From assembly GCF_963676685.1 (NCBI RefSeq), contig NC_092351.1, positions 12,028,001-12,092,000 on the forward strand: 64,000 bases of DNA. Reading direction: 5' to 3'. Below are positions 36,480 through 48,992 of the stretch, one piece after another (position 1 is the stretch's first letter; every line of letters starts with the position of its first letter). The stretch comes from Mytilus edulis (taxonomy: Eukaryota). A program made the position numbers and the translations under genes. A model generated the notes under the pieces. The model ran no database searches, was not told the origin of the DNA, and worked only from the letters and a program-made list of their open reading frames with translations.

Positions 36480-37894
36480 AAACAAAACTAATATTATGAT
36501 ATTTAATAAATCAGGTCCTAAACAATTATAACTTTAAATTAAATGAACACACAGATGATTAGACCAATGAATATAAATATTTGGGTATTTTATTTAAGCC
36601 CTCGGGAATTTTCACTTTTGCTGTTAATCATCTGTGCAAAAAAGTTTCAAAGGCAATGTTTTGCATCAGAAAACTCTTATTCTGAAATAAAATTAATATT
36701 TATCCACATTTAAAATGGTTGAAAGATGTTTAAAACCTATACTACTTTATTGCAGTGAAATATGGGCACTTAATATGTTAGTTAAAGACAATTCAAGTCT
36801 TGGATGTAGACATTTGTCTTGTTTACCATCAAAATTTCAAATAAAATTTGCTAAATATGTTGTGGGTGTAAATAAATCTGCAGTAAACACAGCAGTTTAG
36901 CAGAAATAGGTATGTTACCTATTACTATTGATGCTGTAAAGGCTTCTGTTGGCTATTGGTGCCATTTGATGAATACAAAAATATGATAGTCATGCTTCAA
37001 ATGCCTATAAATGTAGTTAAAATTTAAATAATGGTTTTGTGGTCTAATTAAAAATACTCTTTCAAAAATAGGGTTCAATCATGTATGGGAAAATCAAAAT
37101 ACTTTCTCCAAAAATGCACTAATAATGCTGTAGGTAACAAAATAGCTGAAAGGTAAACAGATTTTTGGAAAGACAGTCTTTTTAACGACCAAAATAACCC
37201 TAATGGTAACAAAATAAGATCATACAAAAAATTATAAAAAGATTTCTTTTTTTATTAATAGATTTAGATCGATACATGGTATCAAATTTTATAAAAATAA
37301 GAATAAGTAATAGTTATCTAAATATTGAACAGGGTAGACACCGTAAAGATTATGTCATCTCTGTAAAAAGGAGGTAGAAGATGAATATCATTTTGCTTTA
37401 AAATGTCAAATTTTAGAAGAATATAGGCAAAAGCTTTTTCAGGAACTAGGGAGTATTATAGTTCCAAATTTCACCAAAATGTACGTCTGATGAGGAAAAA
37501 CTTGCATTTATGTTTACATTTAATGAGTATGACATAACTAAAATTATTGTCAAGAGAGTTAATGGATCTTAATGATTTACTATGTTTTAAGAAATAGCCT
37601 AGCTGATAAGAAAAACTAGTCGATGTAACAAAGTTATGACTATTTTATATTTTTCTTGTAGTATTTGTTATGATATATTTTATAACAATTGCATTATAAA
37701 TTTTTGTACTTGTACTATCAAATTTGCAAAAGTATCACATCCTCCAAATCATCTAATATAGTCTTATAGAATTTGAATGTTGTTTCAATTTCAATATTGC
37801 ATGTTTGTAATGAGTGTCATGTTTGTCTTGGAAACAATCCAATATTTGGATTTTACACCAATAAAATGATTTGATTTGATTTGAATTGATTTGC
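36480..37894 (+). mobile_element. Decayed 3' half of a Crack/Daphne-like LINE
   Basis: Broken frames with YKYLG, KPILLYCSEIW, IEQGRH, EDEYHF motifs; AATAAA then a (TTTGA)n tail at 37860-37894. Confidence 0.8.
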
Positions 37895-38849
37895 AATTAC
37901 AAACACAAACTGTCAAGGAAGCAAGTATCACGAATGCATATACAAAGAAGGAAAGTTGTTTATCTGCTCATTTTAACGAAATCATATGTTAGTAAAGTAA
38001 TTTGTCATCGGCATTTTGCTGGTCTGTAAGGGAACGACCCATTTAACTTATAAAAAAGGGGGTGGGTTATGTTTTTTTCCTTAAAAACAAACTTCTGACA
38101 CAAATCTAACTCTGACATTACCTTCACCTTTAATCATTCATGGATCTAAAATTTTGATCTCAGATTTAAGTATAATAGATATAAGAAGATGTGGTCTAAG
38201 TGCCAATGAGTAAACTATCCATCCAAGTCACAATTTTTCACGATATTATTGAAAGTATTGTAAATAACTATAGTGACAAAGGTATTGTTTTGGTATGTGG
38301 AGATTGAAATAGCTGCATGGGTGAATTAAATGAGTTTTTACTCAATGATGATCTAGATAATTATGTTCAAAGTGTTGAGCACGTTGTAAACCCCATTATT
38401 TCTATCAAAAATTAACTCTGACATTACCTTCACCTTTAATCATTCATGGATCTAAAATGTTGATCTCAGATTTTAGTATAATAGATATAAGAAGATGTGG
38501 TATAAGTGCCAATGAGTAAACTATCCATCTAAGTCACAATTTATAAAAGTAAACCGTTATAGGTCACTTAAAGAACGGCCTTCAACACGAACACCGAACA
38601 GCACGCTATACAGGTCCCCAAAATATTACTATTGTAAAACCATTCAAACGGGAAAACCAACGGTCTAATCTATATAAAAAATGAAATACGAGAAACGCGT
38701 ATGAACCACATAAACAAACGACAAATACTTAACATCACATTCCTGACTTAGGACAGGTGCAAATTAAACAATTGCAGACAAACCGTAACACTACAAATAA
38801 TGAACTTCCTTCTGAAAAGTTTTAAAATATGATTATGAAAAATAGTCTT

Positions 38850-39006
38850 GGTGTTCTTGGCAAGGATTCCTTCCAACCTTGATACATAACTGGAGATTTA
38901 TCAATTATATTGTATATCCTATAAATATGGTGTTCTTGGCAAGGATTCCTTCCAACCTTAATACATAACTGGAGATTTATCAATTATATTGTATATCCTA
39001 TAAATA
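38850..39006. repeat. ~79-bp tandem duplication
   Basis: TGGTGTTCTTGGCAAGG...CCTATAAATA occurs twice. Confidence 0.9.
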
Positions 39007-39089
39007 AATGTTTGAATAACTGCTAGTCATACTAACTGATATTAAAGTTGGTAACGACAAAAAAAATGAAATATAAAGATGATCTGCTA

Positions 39090-39450
39090 TCATAGAATTG
39101 AGAATGGACATGGGGAATGTGTCAAAGAGACAACAACCCGACCATAGAGCAGACAACAGCCGAAGGCCACCAATTAGTCTTCAATGCAGCGAGAAACTCC
39201 CGCACCCGGAGGCGTTCTTTAGCTGGCCCTAATCAAATATGTATACTAGTTCAGTGATAATGGACGTCATACTAAACTCCGAATTATACACAAGAAACTA
39301 AAATTAAAAATCATACAAGACTAACAAAGGCCAGAGGCTCCTGACATTGGACAGGCGCTAAATTCCGGCGGGGTTAAACATGTTGTTGAGATCTCAACCC
39401 TCCCCCTTTACATCTAGCCAATGTAGAAAAACCAAACTCACAACAATACG
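39090..39450 (-). repeat. SINE-like repeat (partial second copy 60830-61070)
   Basis: Near-identical to 60830-61070 over ~240 bp. Confidence 0.65.
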
Positions 39451-40266
39451 CATGTTGAATTAACAAATTTACTTATCAGATGCATGAAATTATTTCTGTG
39501 ACTGCATCTTACGATTCTTTGCGACAGATAATTTTATACTAAGTGAATCTACCTGTGTTCGAAATCTTGGAGTTTTTCTCGATCAAACCCTCAGCATGCA
39601 GCAACAGACAAATGCAATTACAAAATCCTGTTTCCATCAGATTCGTAACATAGGATGGATTCGATCATATATAACGGAGGACGCTTGCAAAACTCTTGTA
39701 TGCTCTCTTGTTACGTCGCGACTTGATTACGGTAATGCTTTGATGTATGGTGTGAATGCCTCGAGTCTATCCAAACTTCAACGTGTTCAGAACACAGCTG
39801 CCAGACTAGTGACCCGCAAAAAAGAAGTTTGAACGTATAACTCCAACACTTATGACTCTTCATTGGCTACCATTTAAATTCCGATGCCATTACAAACTGT
39901 TGCTTTACGCATTCAAAGCCTTGCATGGACTTGCACCTTCGTATCTTAGTGAACTATATATATATATATATAATACATTTTTTATAAACCAGCACGATCG
40001 TTACGATTTGAAAATGCTTCTTTAATTGAGATGCCAAAAAATGCGCGGACCAAAATGTATGGTGAACAGAGGTTCGATGTGGCGGCCAGGACTCTGTGGA
40101 ATAGCCTTCCAACAAATCTGCGAAATGAACAATCGCTAGAACTATTGAAGAAAGGACGAAAGACGCGTCTATTCAAAGTTGCATTTGTGGATTTCTCATA
40201 GTTAAGACCTGGAACTGTGATTGTTTGTATTTAACTGTGGTTGATTTTTAATATTTTGTACATTTT

Positions 40267-43005
40267 TTTTTTTTATATTTATTTTATTTTATCAAAACAC
40301 AATACATGATCATGATAATATACAAAAGTATATAAATTATTCTTTACAATGCAGGTAATACAATTATAGATAAGTATAATTAAGTTAATTTTAATAATTC
40401 TTACAATTACTAATTCTAAAGAACAGTTTGAGTTTTCTGCTGCAAACTAATTTGTCTATGTTTTGTTTTATTTTCTATAGTAAAATTTTGAAGAAGAAAA
40501 AAAATGGATAGAGAAAAATAAAAGAAAAAAAATCAAAAGTTTGTCAAAAAAGTAACAAAAAAATATCTAACAAAAGAACAAATACAAGTTTGAAATTTTT
40601 AGAAAAAAAAAGAAAAAAAAAGAAGAATTGGTCATCTGTGGTTTGCTCTATATATTACTGCCCTTATATGGTTTCTGATTCAAGAAAGGTGGAAAGTAAA
40701 GAGCCAGATTTATAGGTTTTCATTAGCAAATTTAAAAATAAAAGTCTCATGTATTTGTGTGATTGTTCTCAGTATAAACACAGAAAGTGCCAGCTATTCC
40801 ATTCTTTCTCAAACTGTTCTTGGTTTTGTTTGTAAATAGCTACATTTTTTTCAGTACAATACAGATCATTTAACTTATGCTTGAGTGCCTGAAGTGATAG
40901 AACTTTTTTCAAACATCGACTTGAATAAATATAATACTTAATACAGAGCAATATCTTATTTTGTACAATACAGTTTCTAACATCAAAAATACCAAATACA
41001 AAAGTCTTACAATTATAGTTAAGTGTTACGTGTGCTGTAGATGAAGTCCATGTATCAAAATTTTCTAACAAAATTTGCACTTCTTCACATTCCCACAATA
41101 AGTGTATAATGGTTTCTGGTTGTATATTACAAAAAGTACAAAGAGGGCTTTGTACAAGTTTTATTTTTTCCAGAAAATAATTAGTAGTCAAAACTAAGTG
41201 GTTTATCCTGTATTGAAACCACTGTGCTCTACTATTTGTAGTAGTTTTAAATGGAAGTGTATAAATGAGTTTCATTTCATCATTAGTGACACCAAACTTT
41301 TCCATAATTTTCATTTTATTTGTTGGTTCCGTAAGATTTTTTCTCAATATGAGGTACATATCTTTGGAACCTTTTTTATGTTTAAAAAAAATCTTGATAT
41401 TATTAGGAATGCTTGGGTAACAATTCTTAATTGGCGATGTAGCATTTTTAACAAACTGTTGTGAATACTGTTTAACACAATTTATTAAGCCATAATATTT
41501 CAGAAAATCTGTACGTATTTGATACACCTTCTGGAATTCAGTCAGAGAAAAAAATTCTCCGGCTTCATCTAATAAATCATTTACAATGTGTACACCTTTG
41601 TCATACCAGTCTTTGTAGAAAACAACATCATTTTCTATTTCAATTTTCTCATTAAACCATAAAGGCATATTCAAAAAATATTCCCATGTATATTCAATAT
41701 TTAATGAAACAATTTCTTTCCAGGCACTCAAAACATCTTTCCAAAATGGATTTGTGCATACATTCATACTTTTTTCTATGTTTTTGACACCTGTATTTTC
41801 TAATAAGTCAGAATCAATCCCATAGAAAGCAAGAGTGTCCTGTAATTTTTTATTATTGATCAATCTTCTAACCCATGTACATTTTTGTGATTTTATGAAA
41901 GGTTTCAAACAAATCATTTTTAGACCCCCTTCAAAATAATCTTTAACTAATGTTTCTCTCTTAACTTTACCAACTGGTTTTTGCCAAACAAAACTATAAA
42001 ACAAGTTATCAAGTTTTTTAATAAATCTAGAGTCTGGATTTGGCAATGATGAAAACAGATGGATTAGCTTTGGTAATGCCAATGTTTTAACCACTGTAAT
42101 ACGCCCAATTGGAGTTAAGTTTCTCTTGCTCCATTGCTTTAAAAGAGATTCAATCTCCAATATTTTTTTATCATAATTTAATCGTATCATCTTTGATAAA
42201 TCTACATCAAAGTCTATTCCAAGGTACGAAAAATTATGTTTACCCCATGATAAGTTTAAGCTAGTACAAAGTTCATTCTGACTGTATTTCATACTGCCAA
42301 TCCATACAACCTGGGTTTTACTGTAGTTAATTTTTAAACCTGAGATTTCCCAAAAATAATTAAGGTCTTTCATGCTTTCCATTAGAGATTCTTCAGATCC
42401 ATCCAAAATAATAGCAGTATCATCAGCAAATTGAGACAATTTATTTTCAATACTAACAGATTTTAACCCTTTTATTTTCTTATTATTGCGAAGCTTAATA
42501 GCTAGTATTTCAGCACACAATATAAACAAATAAGGAGAAAGCGGATCGCCTTGTCTACAACCCCGTTCAATGTTAAAAAAATCTGATAAATTACCCCCTT
42601 GGTTTACAGCTGAATTAATATTAGAGTAGAAAATTCTCACCCAATTACAAATAGATTGTCCAAAATTGAAAAATTTTAATACTTCTTGTAGAAAATCCCA
42701 TGATAATGAGTCGAACGCTTTTTCGAAGTCGACAAATAGGAGAAGTCCTGGTAGGTTTTTTTCTTCTGCAATTTGCATCAAGTCATATAACAATCTTGTG
42801 TTTTCTCCTATAAATCGACCTAGTACAAAGCCAGTTTGATCAGGATCAATCAAACTTCCCAATACTTTTTTAAATCTATTAGCAATAACCCCTGATGCAA
42901 TTTTGTAAGAAGTATTTAGGAGCGTAATTGGTCTCCAGTTTTTAAGAAACTGTCGTGGTTTGTCTCCTTTAGGTATACATGTAATTATACCTTGTCTCAT
43001 TTTTT
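40267..43005 (-). mobile_element. 5'-truncated L1/Tx1-type LINE with poly(A) tail and TSD
   Basis: Open RT frame; T-run (minus-strand polyA) at ~40263-40274; TSD TTTTGTACATTTT at 40254 and 43006. Confidence 0.9.
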
Positions 43006-43015
43006 TTTTGTACAT
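40769..43015 (-). CDS. L1/Tx1 ORF2 fragment: RT + C-terminal CCHC region (endonuclease missing)
   Basis: KNWRPITLLN, DQTGF, VDFEKAFD, GCRQGDPLSP, QFADD, YLG, CTFC...HLLWEC; the initial MYKKK derives from the TSD. Confidence 0.88.
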   Translation of the reverse strand: MYKKKMRQGIITCIPKGDKPRQFLKNWRPITLLNTSYKIASGVIANRFKKVLGSLIDPDQTGFVLGRFIGENTRLLYDLMQIAEEKNLPGLLLFVDFEKAFDSLSWDFLQEVLKFFNFGQSICNWVRIFYSNINSAVNQGGNLSDFFNIERGCRQGDPLSPYLFILCAEILAIKLRNNKKIKGLKSVSIENKLSQFADDTAIILDGSEESLMESMKDLNYFWEISGLKINYSKTQVVWIGSMKYSQNELCTSLNLSWGKHNFSYLGIDFDVDLSKMIRLNYDKKILEIESLLKQWSKRNLTPIGRITVVKTLALPKLIHLFSSLPNPDSRFIKKLDNLFYSFVWQKPVGKVKRETLVKDYFEGGLKMICLKPFIKSQKCTWVRRLINNKKLQDTLAFYGIDSDLLENTGVKNIEKSMNVCTNPFWKDVLSAWKEIVSLNIEYTWEYFLNMPLWFNEKIEIENDVVFYKDWYDKGVHIVNDLLDEAGEFFSLTEFQKVYQIRTDFLKYYGLINCVKQYSQQFVKNATSPIKNCYPSIPNNIKIFFKHKKGSKDMYLILRKNLTEPTNKMKIMEKFGVTNDEMKLIYTLPFKTTTNSRAQWFQYRINHLVLTTNYFLEKIKLVQSPLCTFCNIQPETIIHLLWECEEVQILLENFDTWTSSTAHVTLNYNCKTFVFGIFDVRNCIVQNKILLCIKYYIYSSRCLKKVLSLQALKHKLNDLYCTEKNVAIYKQNQEQFEKEWNSWHFLCLY

Positions 43016-43683
43016 TTTAGTCTCATTTCATGTGTTTCTTTATATTTTGATATACCATTTTTATTTTTATTTTTTTTTACAAGCTGGAGTATTTTAGTAA
43101 CTTATTTTTAAAAACAAAATTCAGCAATTTTAGAAATATTTAGTTAAGATAACAAGTTTTCAAATTTTTACTTATTCATTAATAATTCTTTTCAGTAATT
43201 TTTAACCAAGTTGCTGGAGTCTTAAGCTTTTTATAGTTGATTTGATGCTGTATGCTTTTAAACATATTTTGGTATATTTTTAACTTTGTAATATCGTGTA
43301 TGTACTTTGTTTTAACATGTACAGCGCTTAGAGTAATTGTAGTTTTATATTATACGCTATAAAAATGCCTTGTAATAATAATAATAATAATAATTTTGAT
43401 AGCTAATCTGCAATCAATTCCATCTTCATGCCTTACATATCGTGTACTGTGTTACAACTCATCTACTCTACTAACGCGGGAAGGTAAAACTAGGCCACCG
43501 AAAAACTGAATTTTAAGTTCCATCTATAGGTTGTCGAGTGCATGGTCTAGAACGCTGTGCACAGTTCGGTTGGTGTTATCTCGACATCCCTATAGCACGA
43601 GTTCGGATCCCGGCTAGACAAGAAAAATCAAATTTGAAGATTTTCAATTGCGTTGTGCTGATATTTTAAGCATCATTTAATTT

Positions 43684-43896
43684 ACATTATTTGTAATGTT
43701 TTATATGTCATGTATGGTGTACATTATTTGTCATGTTTTATATGTCATGTATGGTGTACATTATTTGTCATGTTTTATATGTCATGTATGGTGTACATTA
43801 TTTGTCATGTTTTATATGTCATGTATGGTGTACACTTGGATTACACAATTTAACATATGTATTTTATCCAATAAAATATTTGAATTTGAATTTGAA
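43684..43896 (+). repeat. 37-bp tandem repeat (x4) followed by AATAAA + (TTTGAA)n LINE-like tail
   Basis: TACATTATTTGTCATGTTTTATATGTCATGTATGGTG repeats. Confidence 0.8.
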
Positions 43897-44880
43897 AATA
43901 CTTGCTATAATGCAAGGAAATCTTATTTCTGAAAAGGCTAGATTCTGTGATACTTTTCGGGAGGGATATAACTTGACGTGAAATGTATACCTTCAATAAG
44001 TAATAGCATGTGTCAATAAGATGATATTTTGTTTTTCCCTTTTGAATATGTATTTCTTCTCCATCAGTTGTATTCGGGACTCAGGAAAAATACAGTTAAC
44101 ATCTAACCTGGACCAATACAGAAATAGGCACTTTGTGTCTCTAAAGTCAGTTAATCGCGATAGCTCGGCAATAAAGACTGACTGTACTCGATTCTCAATA
44201 CATGTGCAAAATTTTGCTCGAAACATTAAATCCGGTGTTTTGCGTCTTGTTTTTAGATTAGTTGATTTGTGCCACGTATTGTTCTTTTGACTTAAACCAA
44301 TTTCATTGCTTTTTACGGTTTGTTCTTATGTTGAGCTGTTACACCCAGGTTAGATGAGTGTTGCGTGCTCACAAACATGTTTAACTCTACGTTGTTATAT
44401 ACGGTATGGGGGTTTCGTGTTGTAGAAGGTCATACGGTTGCCTATAATTGCTTACATACACTTCATTTAAACTTTTATGGAAAATTGTCTCATTGGCAAT
44501 CATACCACTTCATTTTGATTTTTTTTATGCTCGAAATTTTTATGTCCGTAATCCCTGCATGTTACACAAAACAACACATTGGAAACTTAATTTTTTATTT
44601 GACATTGTTCCAATTATGTATGTTCATCCGATAACATACCTTTTTCTTAATTTAATTGTTGTGCGTTTAGAAAATAAGTTTTATATTCGATTAGCCCTTG
44701 AATGTATAGGAGGCTGTCCTCCAGTTTTTAAAATTGCAAAGAAGTAAATTGAAATTAAAGAAGATAATTTATTTCAACAAAACACATATATTCTACAAAA
44801 TTATAATTAGTTTAAAGAAACAAAACAAAATCATTTCCACGGTAGTTTAAACCATAGTTTGTGTTGTACATTAAAAAAAA

Positions 44881-47800
44881 TTAGCGTAGGAAGTCAAATT
44901 TGGCAGCAGTGCTTTTCCCTGTATGCTTAACAATGGCTTTCACTTCTAGTTCCGTCTTACCAAAAATCATTTTAACACCAACATCCCGACAAACGCCTAG
45001 TTTTGAATCAGGAAGTTCGACAGAAATCTTACCGTGAAGACTACAACCCCTTTCATCTGTGTATCTCGGATTTTTGTTTGTAGACGTCCACACATCAACT
45101 GCCATTGATGTCTGATCGGAAGAAACCGGTGAATAGATTTGTTCTTTAATCTCCTCATCGATTCTCACAGATTGTCTGATTTCTACGTGCTTACTAAATC
45201 GACCTCTGCACAAGACATCACCATCCTCATCAATAAACTTTTTATCTTCCGGGTCTTTCCCTTCATCAAAAGGACTGCTACTTTCTATGCCGTATGTCAC
45301 TTTACACACCCTGGTTGAGATAACCGTTTGATCAAAACCAAACTGGACTGCTCCCTTAAGTACAGCTAGACCTGCATCTGGTGGGATGATAATGGTTTTG
45401 GATGGAAATGCTTTTTTGACTTCATGTTGTAGTAAAGGTGATTCAGAAAATCCCCCCACCATAAGAATGGTGTCGGTTCCTTTTACTTTTGGGTCATCAA
45501 AAATCTTCTGAAGATGTGATACAATGTATGCACATGGTTCTGCAAACAGGTCAGTGGCCGTGTCTGGTGCCAGACGAAGTTTATCTTTCTCTAATTTTGC
45601 TACATGTGTACTCTGCAGTTCTTTACCAGAAACAGCCGCGTAAGCATCCTTTAAGGACACAGGCACTCGTATTGTAGTCTTACTGGTCTGATCAGATTTA
45701 ATTGTTCTTTTCTTTAATTCAAATTCACGTTGTAAATCTAATTGACCAGATTTATTTTCTTGTCGAAATTTATGTAAAGCAGGCTTTCCTACAAATTCCT
45801 CCAAACGTTTTTCGAAGGCCAGGTCGACTTTCGTACCACCCCAGTCGCCACCATTAGCCATGTACAGTTGTTTAATAGATTCGTCCTCTTGAACCTCTTG
45901 TACTGTAATATCTATGGTACCGCCTGATATAAACAATATTGAAATATGTACATAACACTACAAAATGAATAATAAAATTCTTTTACATTACAATGTATAA
46001 TGATAATAAAATTCTTTTACATTACAATGTATAATGATAATAAAATTCTTTTACATTACAATGTATAATGATCATAAAATTCTTTTACATTACAATGTAT
46101 AATGATAATAAAATTACCATGTATAATTATATTCATAGTATTTAATATAAAATCAAATCAATCATAGTATTAAGAAACTATACGATTGGCTGTATTTTTT
46201 CTACACCCTTTTCGTTAATTAAAATGTATTGAATAATATCCATTCTCAGTTTATTTAAAAAAACGAAATTTCCAGTTAGTCATTTTTTATAATATAGTCG
46301 CCAAAACAATCAAAATAAGTATACTAGTCTGTCTTTACTTTTTAGTTTCTTGAACTCTGCATTACTGGTAACCAGAAGAAAATATGACTAGAAGAAGCAT
46401 AAGTGAATGATCTTCATTAAGAGAAAATCAAAGATACTATACACATGTGCCAGTCACTTAGGATTATTTGATGCAGGATCTGTTTACCCTTCCTGACCAT
46501 CTGGGATCACCCCTTTTTTAGTGGGGTTCGTGTAGCTCATTCTTTAGTTTTCTATGTTGTGTTTTGGGTACTATTGTTTGTTTTAATTTTTTTTTAGCTA
46601 TGATGTTGTCAGTTTATTTCCTTATGAGTTTGAATGTCCATCTTTCTTCTTTCTCTATCAAAGATTCATAGCTTCATTTTTAGTTTTAGTTTGCGCTATA
46701 TAGAATACTCACCTCCTGCATCCAGGATAAGGTATTTTGTCCCTGGTGACAGTGCATCTATTGTGGTTTGACCATCTGTAACTGTTAGTTCGTTAGGTAT
46801 ATGTTTACAGTATATAGAAGCTGCTTCGGGTTCCAATGCTAAAATCAACTGAGTGTTGCGTATACCTCCCTGAAATTATTATTTATTAAAATGAAAACTC
46901 TGTCAAATCATAAACGTCAGAAACATAAAAAAAAATGTCAATAATGATTTGTGCAAATTTGCAATGGGTACCATTTTGAAATTTTGCACAGTTATTCGTG
47001 ATAAAATACATAAATACTCGAATATTAACATTTTAGATTTGTATTTATTAACACTTAACATGATTTATTAACCCTGAATGTTTTATGATTCCTTCATCAT
47101 ACAAAAAGTTAGCGTCGATAACGATTGTATTAAAACACACCACAACCACATTCAATGGACCCTTGTTATTTTACTAACCGATTGTTGATTCACATGTCTG
47201 CTCAAACTGCAACTGATAATGTGTATTTAACTTCCTTATTCGTTCTAAAAGTAAAACTAGATTCCAATTATACTACAATTAGTAAACAATGTACTAAACA
47301 ATATACTACCTTTATAGCAGACTCTCGCATGAATTGTTTAGCCGCATCACTCCAAATAGCGGGAACGGTTAAAACCCATTGGATCTCATCTGGTTTAAAT
47401 GCTGTTTTCAGATCTCTCTTGGCCCATTCACCCATCATATGATTTTTAAGGAACTTTATACTCTCTGCAAACACTTTCATGGCTGACATTTGCCTGCCTT
47501 GGTCGTCTTTAATTTTAAGATCCCTTGGCATTTCCTGCAGTTATACATTTATTTTGGGAGCTTATTGATCAATCAAATCGTCTGGCTCCATCACAAACTA
47601 TATTTAGTCGTAATGACTTGAGGTGGTTAGTTGAATTTGTACGTAAAAGACAAAGTTTATTCTATTTTAAATGTTTCTTTACTTAGTCCATACAATACTA
47701 ATCAGTGTTTACTGATATTTTGCCTGTCGTGTGTGGGAATTTAACTCGTGGTATCATGAAATGAGTATGTCCATTTATAAACTTCTTTGTTTCCACGAAG

Positions 47801-48495
47801 AACAACAGTGAATTTAGTCTTCGTGTTTGTGTAGTTGAATTTCAAACAAATGTGTCTCAGGAATTATAAAGAAAATATATGTATATAAATTCTTTTAACC
47901 CTATTCAATTTGTTTTCTTGCAGCAGTTTGCCAACAAATTGTTAAATCCGAGAGATAACCATTTTCTGTACACCGCTCTTATGGCAATCCATTGCTCGTT
48001 ATTTAGTTTTCTATGTAATGTGTTTTGTACAATTAATTTTCTTTTGGCATTATTTTTGTCATGGCGTTTTCAGTTGTTTTCTATAATGAGTTTGTAAGAC
48101 TCTTTGATATCTTTCACTTCTCTTTTTTCGAGTATTGAACCAAGTCTTTGATAATAGTAACTGGAATTTACCTGCGGCCCGGTTTTATACAAATCCATTT
48201 TAAATCTTCGAAAGTAGTGCCATCCTTTATGGTTGTTTTCGTTTGCAAGCTCAGTATATATGTCTTCTGCATCTTTTCCGAATGCGACAAAATTTTCATC
48301 AGAATCAAACAGAATACATGTTGGAGTTTTCAGGGACATTCCAGTTTGAGACCCTGTTGCCCAAGTGTGAGTTGATATTAATAATGGATTAGTTTTGTAG
48401 TCATCCAATGTAGCAAACGCATAACCAGAAAATGTAGTACCGAAGTCCATAGCTACCACTAGCAAGGGAGGTTTCTCCTCCTCGGAAGCAGCCAT
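44881..48495 (-). CDS. HSPA12: HSPA12-like atypical Hsp70, paralogue 4 (complete, ~582 aa)
   Basis: Exons 48495-48172 (alternative ATG at 48501), 47534-47310, 46869-46713 (GGIRNTQLILALEPEAASIYC...LDAG), 45923-44881. GT-AG, 1749 nt in frame. Confidence 0.93.
45971..46115. repeat. 34-bp tandem repeat (x4) in intron 3 of paralogue 4
   Basis: AATAAAATTCTTTTACATTACAATGTATAATGAT repeats. Confidence 0.9.
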
Positions 48496-48992
48496 GTTCA
48501 TATTTTACTATAATCTGAAATTAATATATAAAACACTTGAAGGATGTTATAATTACACCCTGTCTTTACATTTCAATCAAAAGGTTATCTATTTGAAAAA
48601 TAATACAAGAATACTTAGATCCTAATAGCATAGCTAAACATATTAAATGATACCAAAGTTGTTCATAAACATAAAAGCAGCCTTACTTTTCTGAACGTGG
48701 TCTGTGTATTTTATAAGTCTTATATGTTTGCAAGTCTTTGCAGACAAAGCCATGGTTAGAATTATGTTTTTCAAATAATCACGTGTGTTATGTTACAATG
48801 AAATACCCTCGAGTCTTTTTTGTCATTCGTAGTTTGCGATCATTGATATTTTAATCATTGATTAGAATACGTATTACATTTTTTAACATTTATTATCGTC
48901 ACCGAAAAAAACTTTGTCCTACCCATGCAGTCGTACTCGAAATATTAATCTATACTTCGTAAGTCAATTTGTTTTCTCTCAGTCAGTTTCAC

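Larger units (their letters stand above)
39537..43393 (+). mobile_element. 5'-truncated L2-type LINE (39537-40266 + 43006-43393), split by an L1/Tx1 insertion
   Basis: VRNLGVFLD...SRLDYGN...LQRVQNTAAR...LHWLP...APSYL...WNSLP C-terminus; (TAA)n tail 43372-43393; ATAATTTT at both ends. Confidence 0.85.

Noticed and set aside
43696-43981. Repetitive Cys/Met-rich small proteins
   Set aside because: Translation of a 37-bp tandem repeat.
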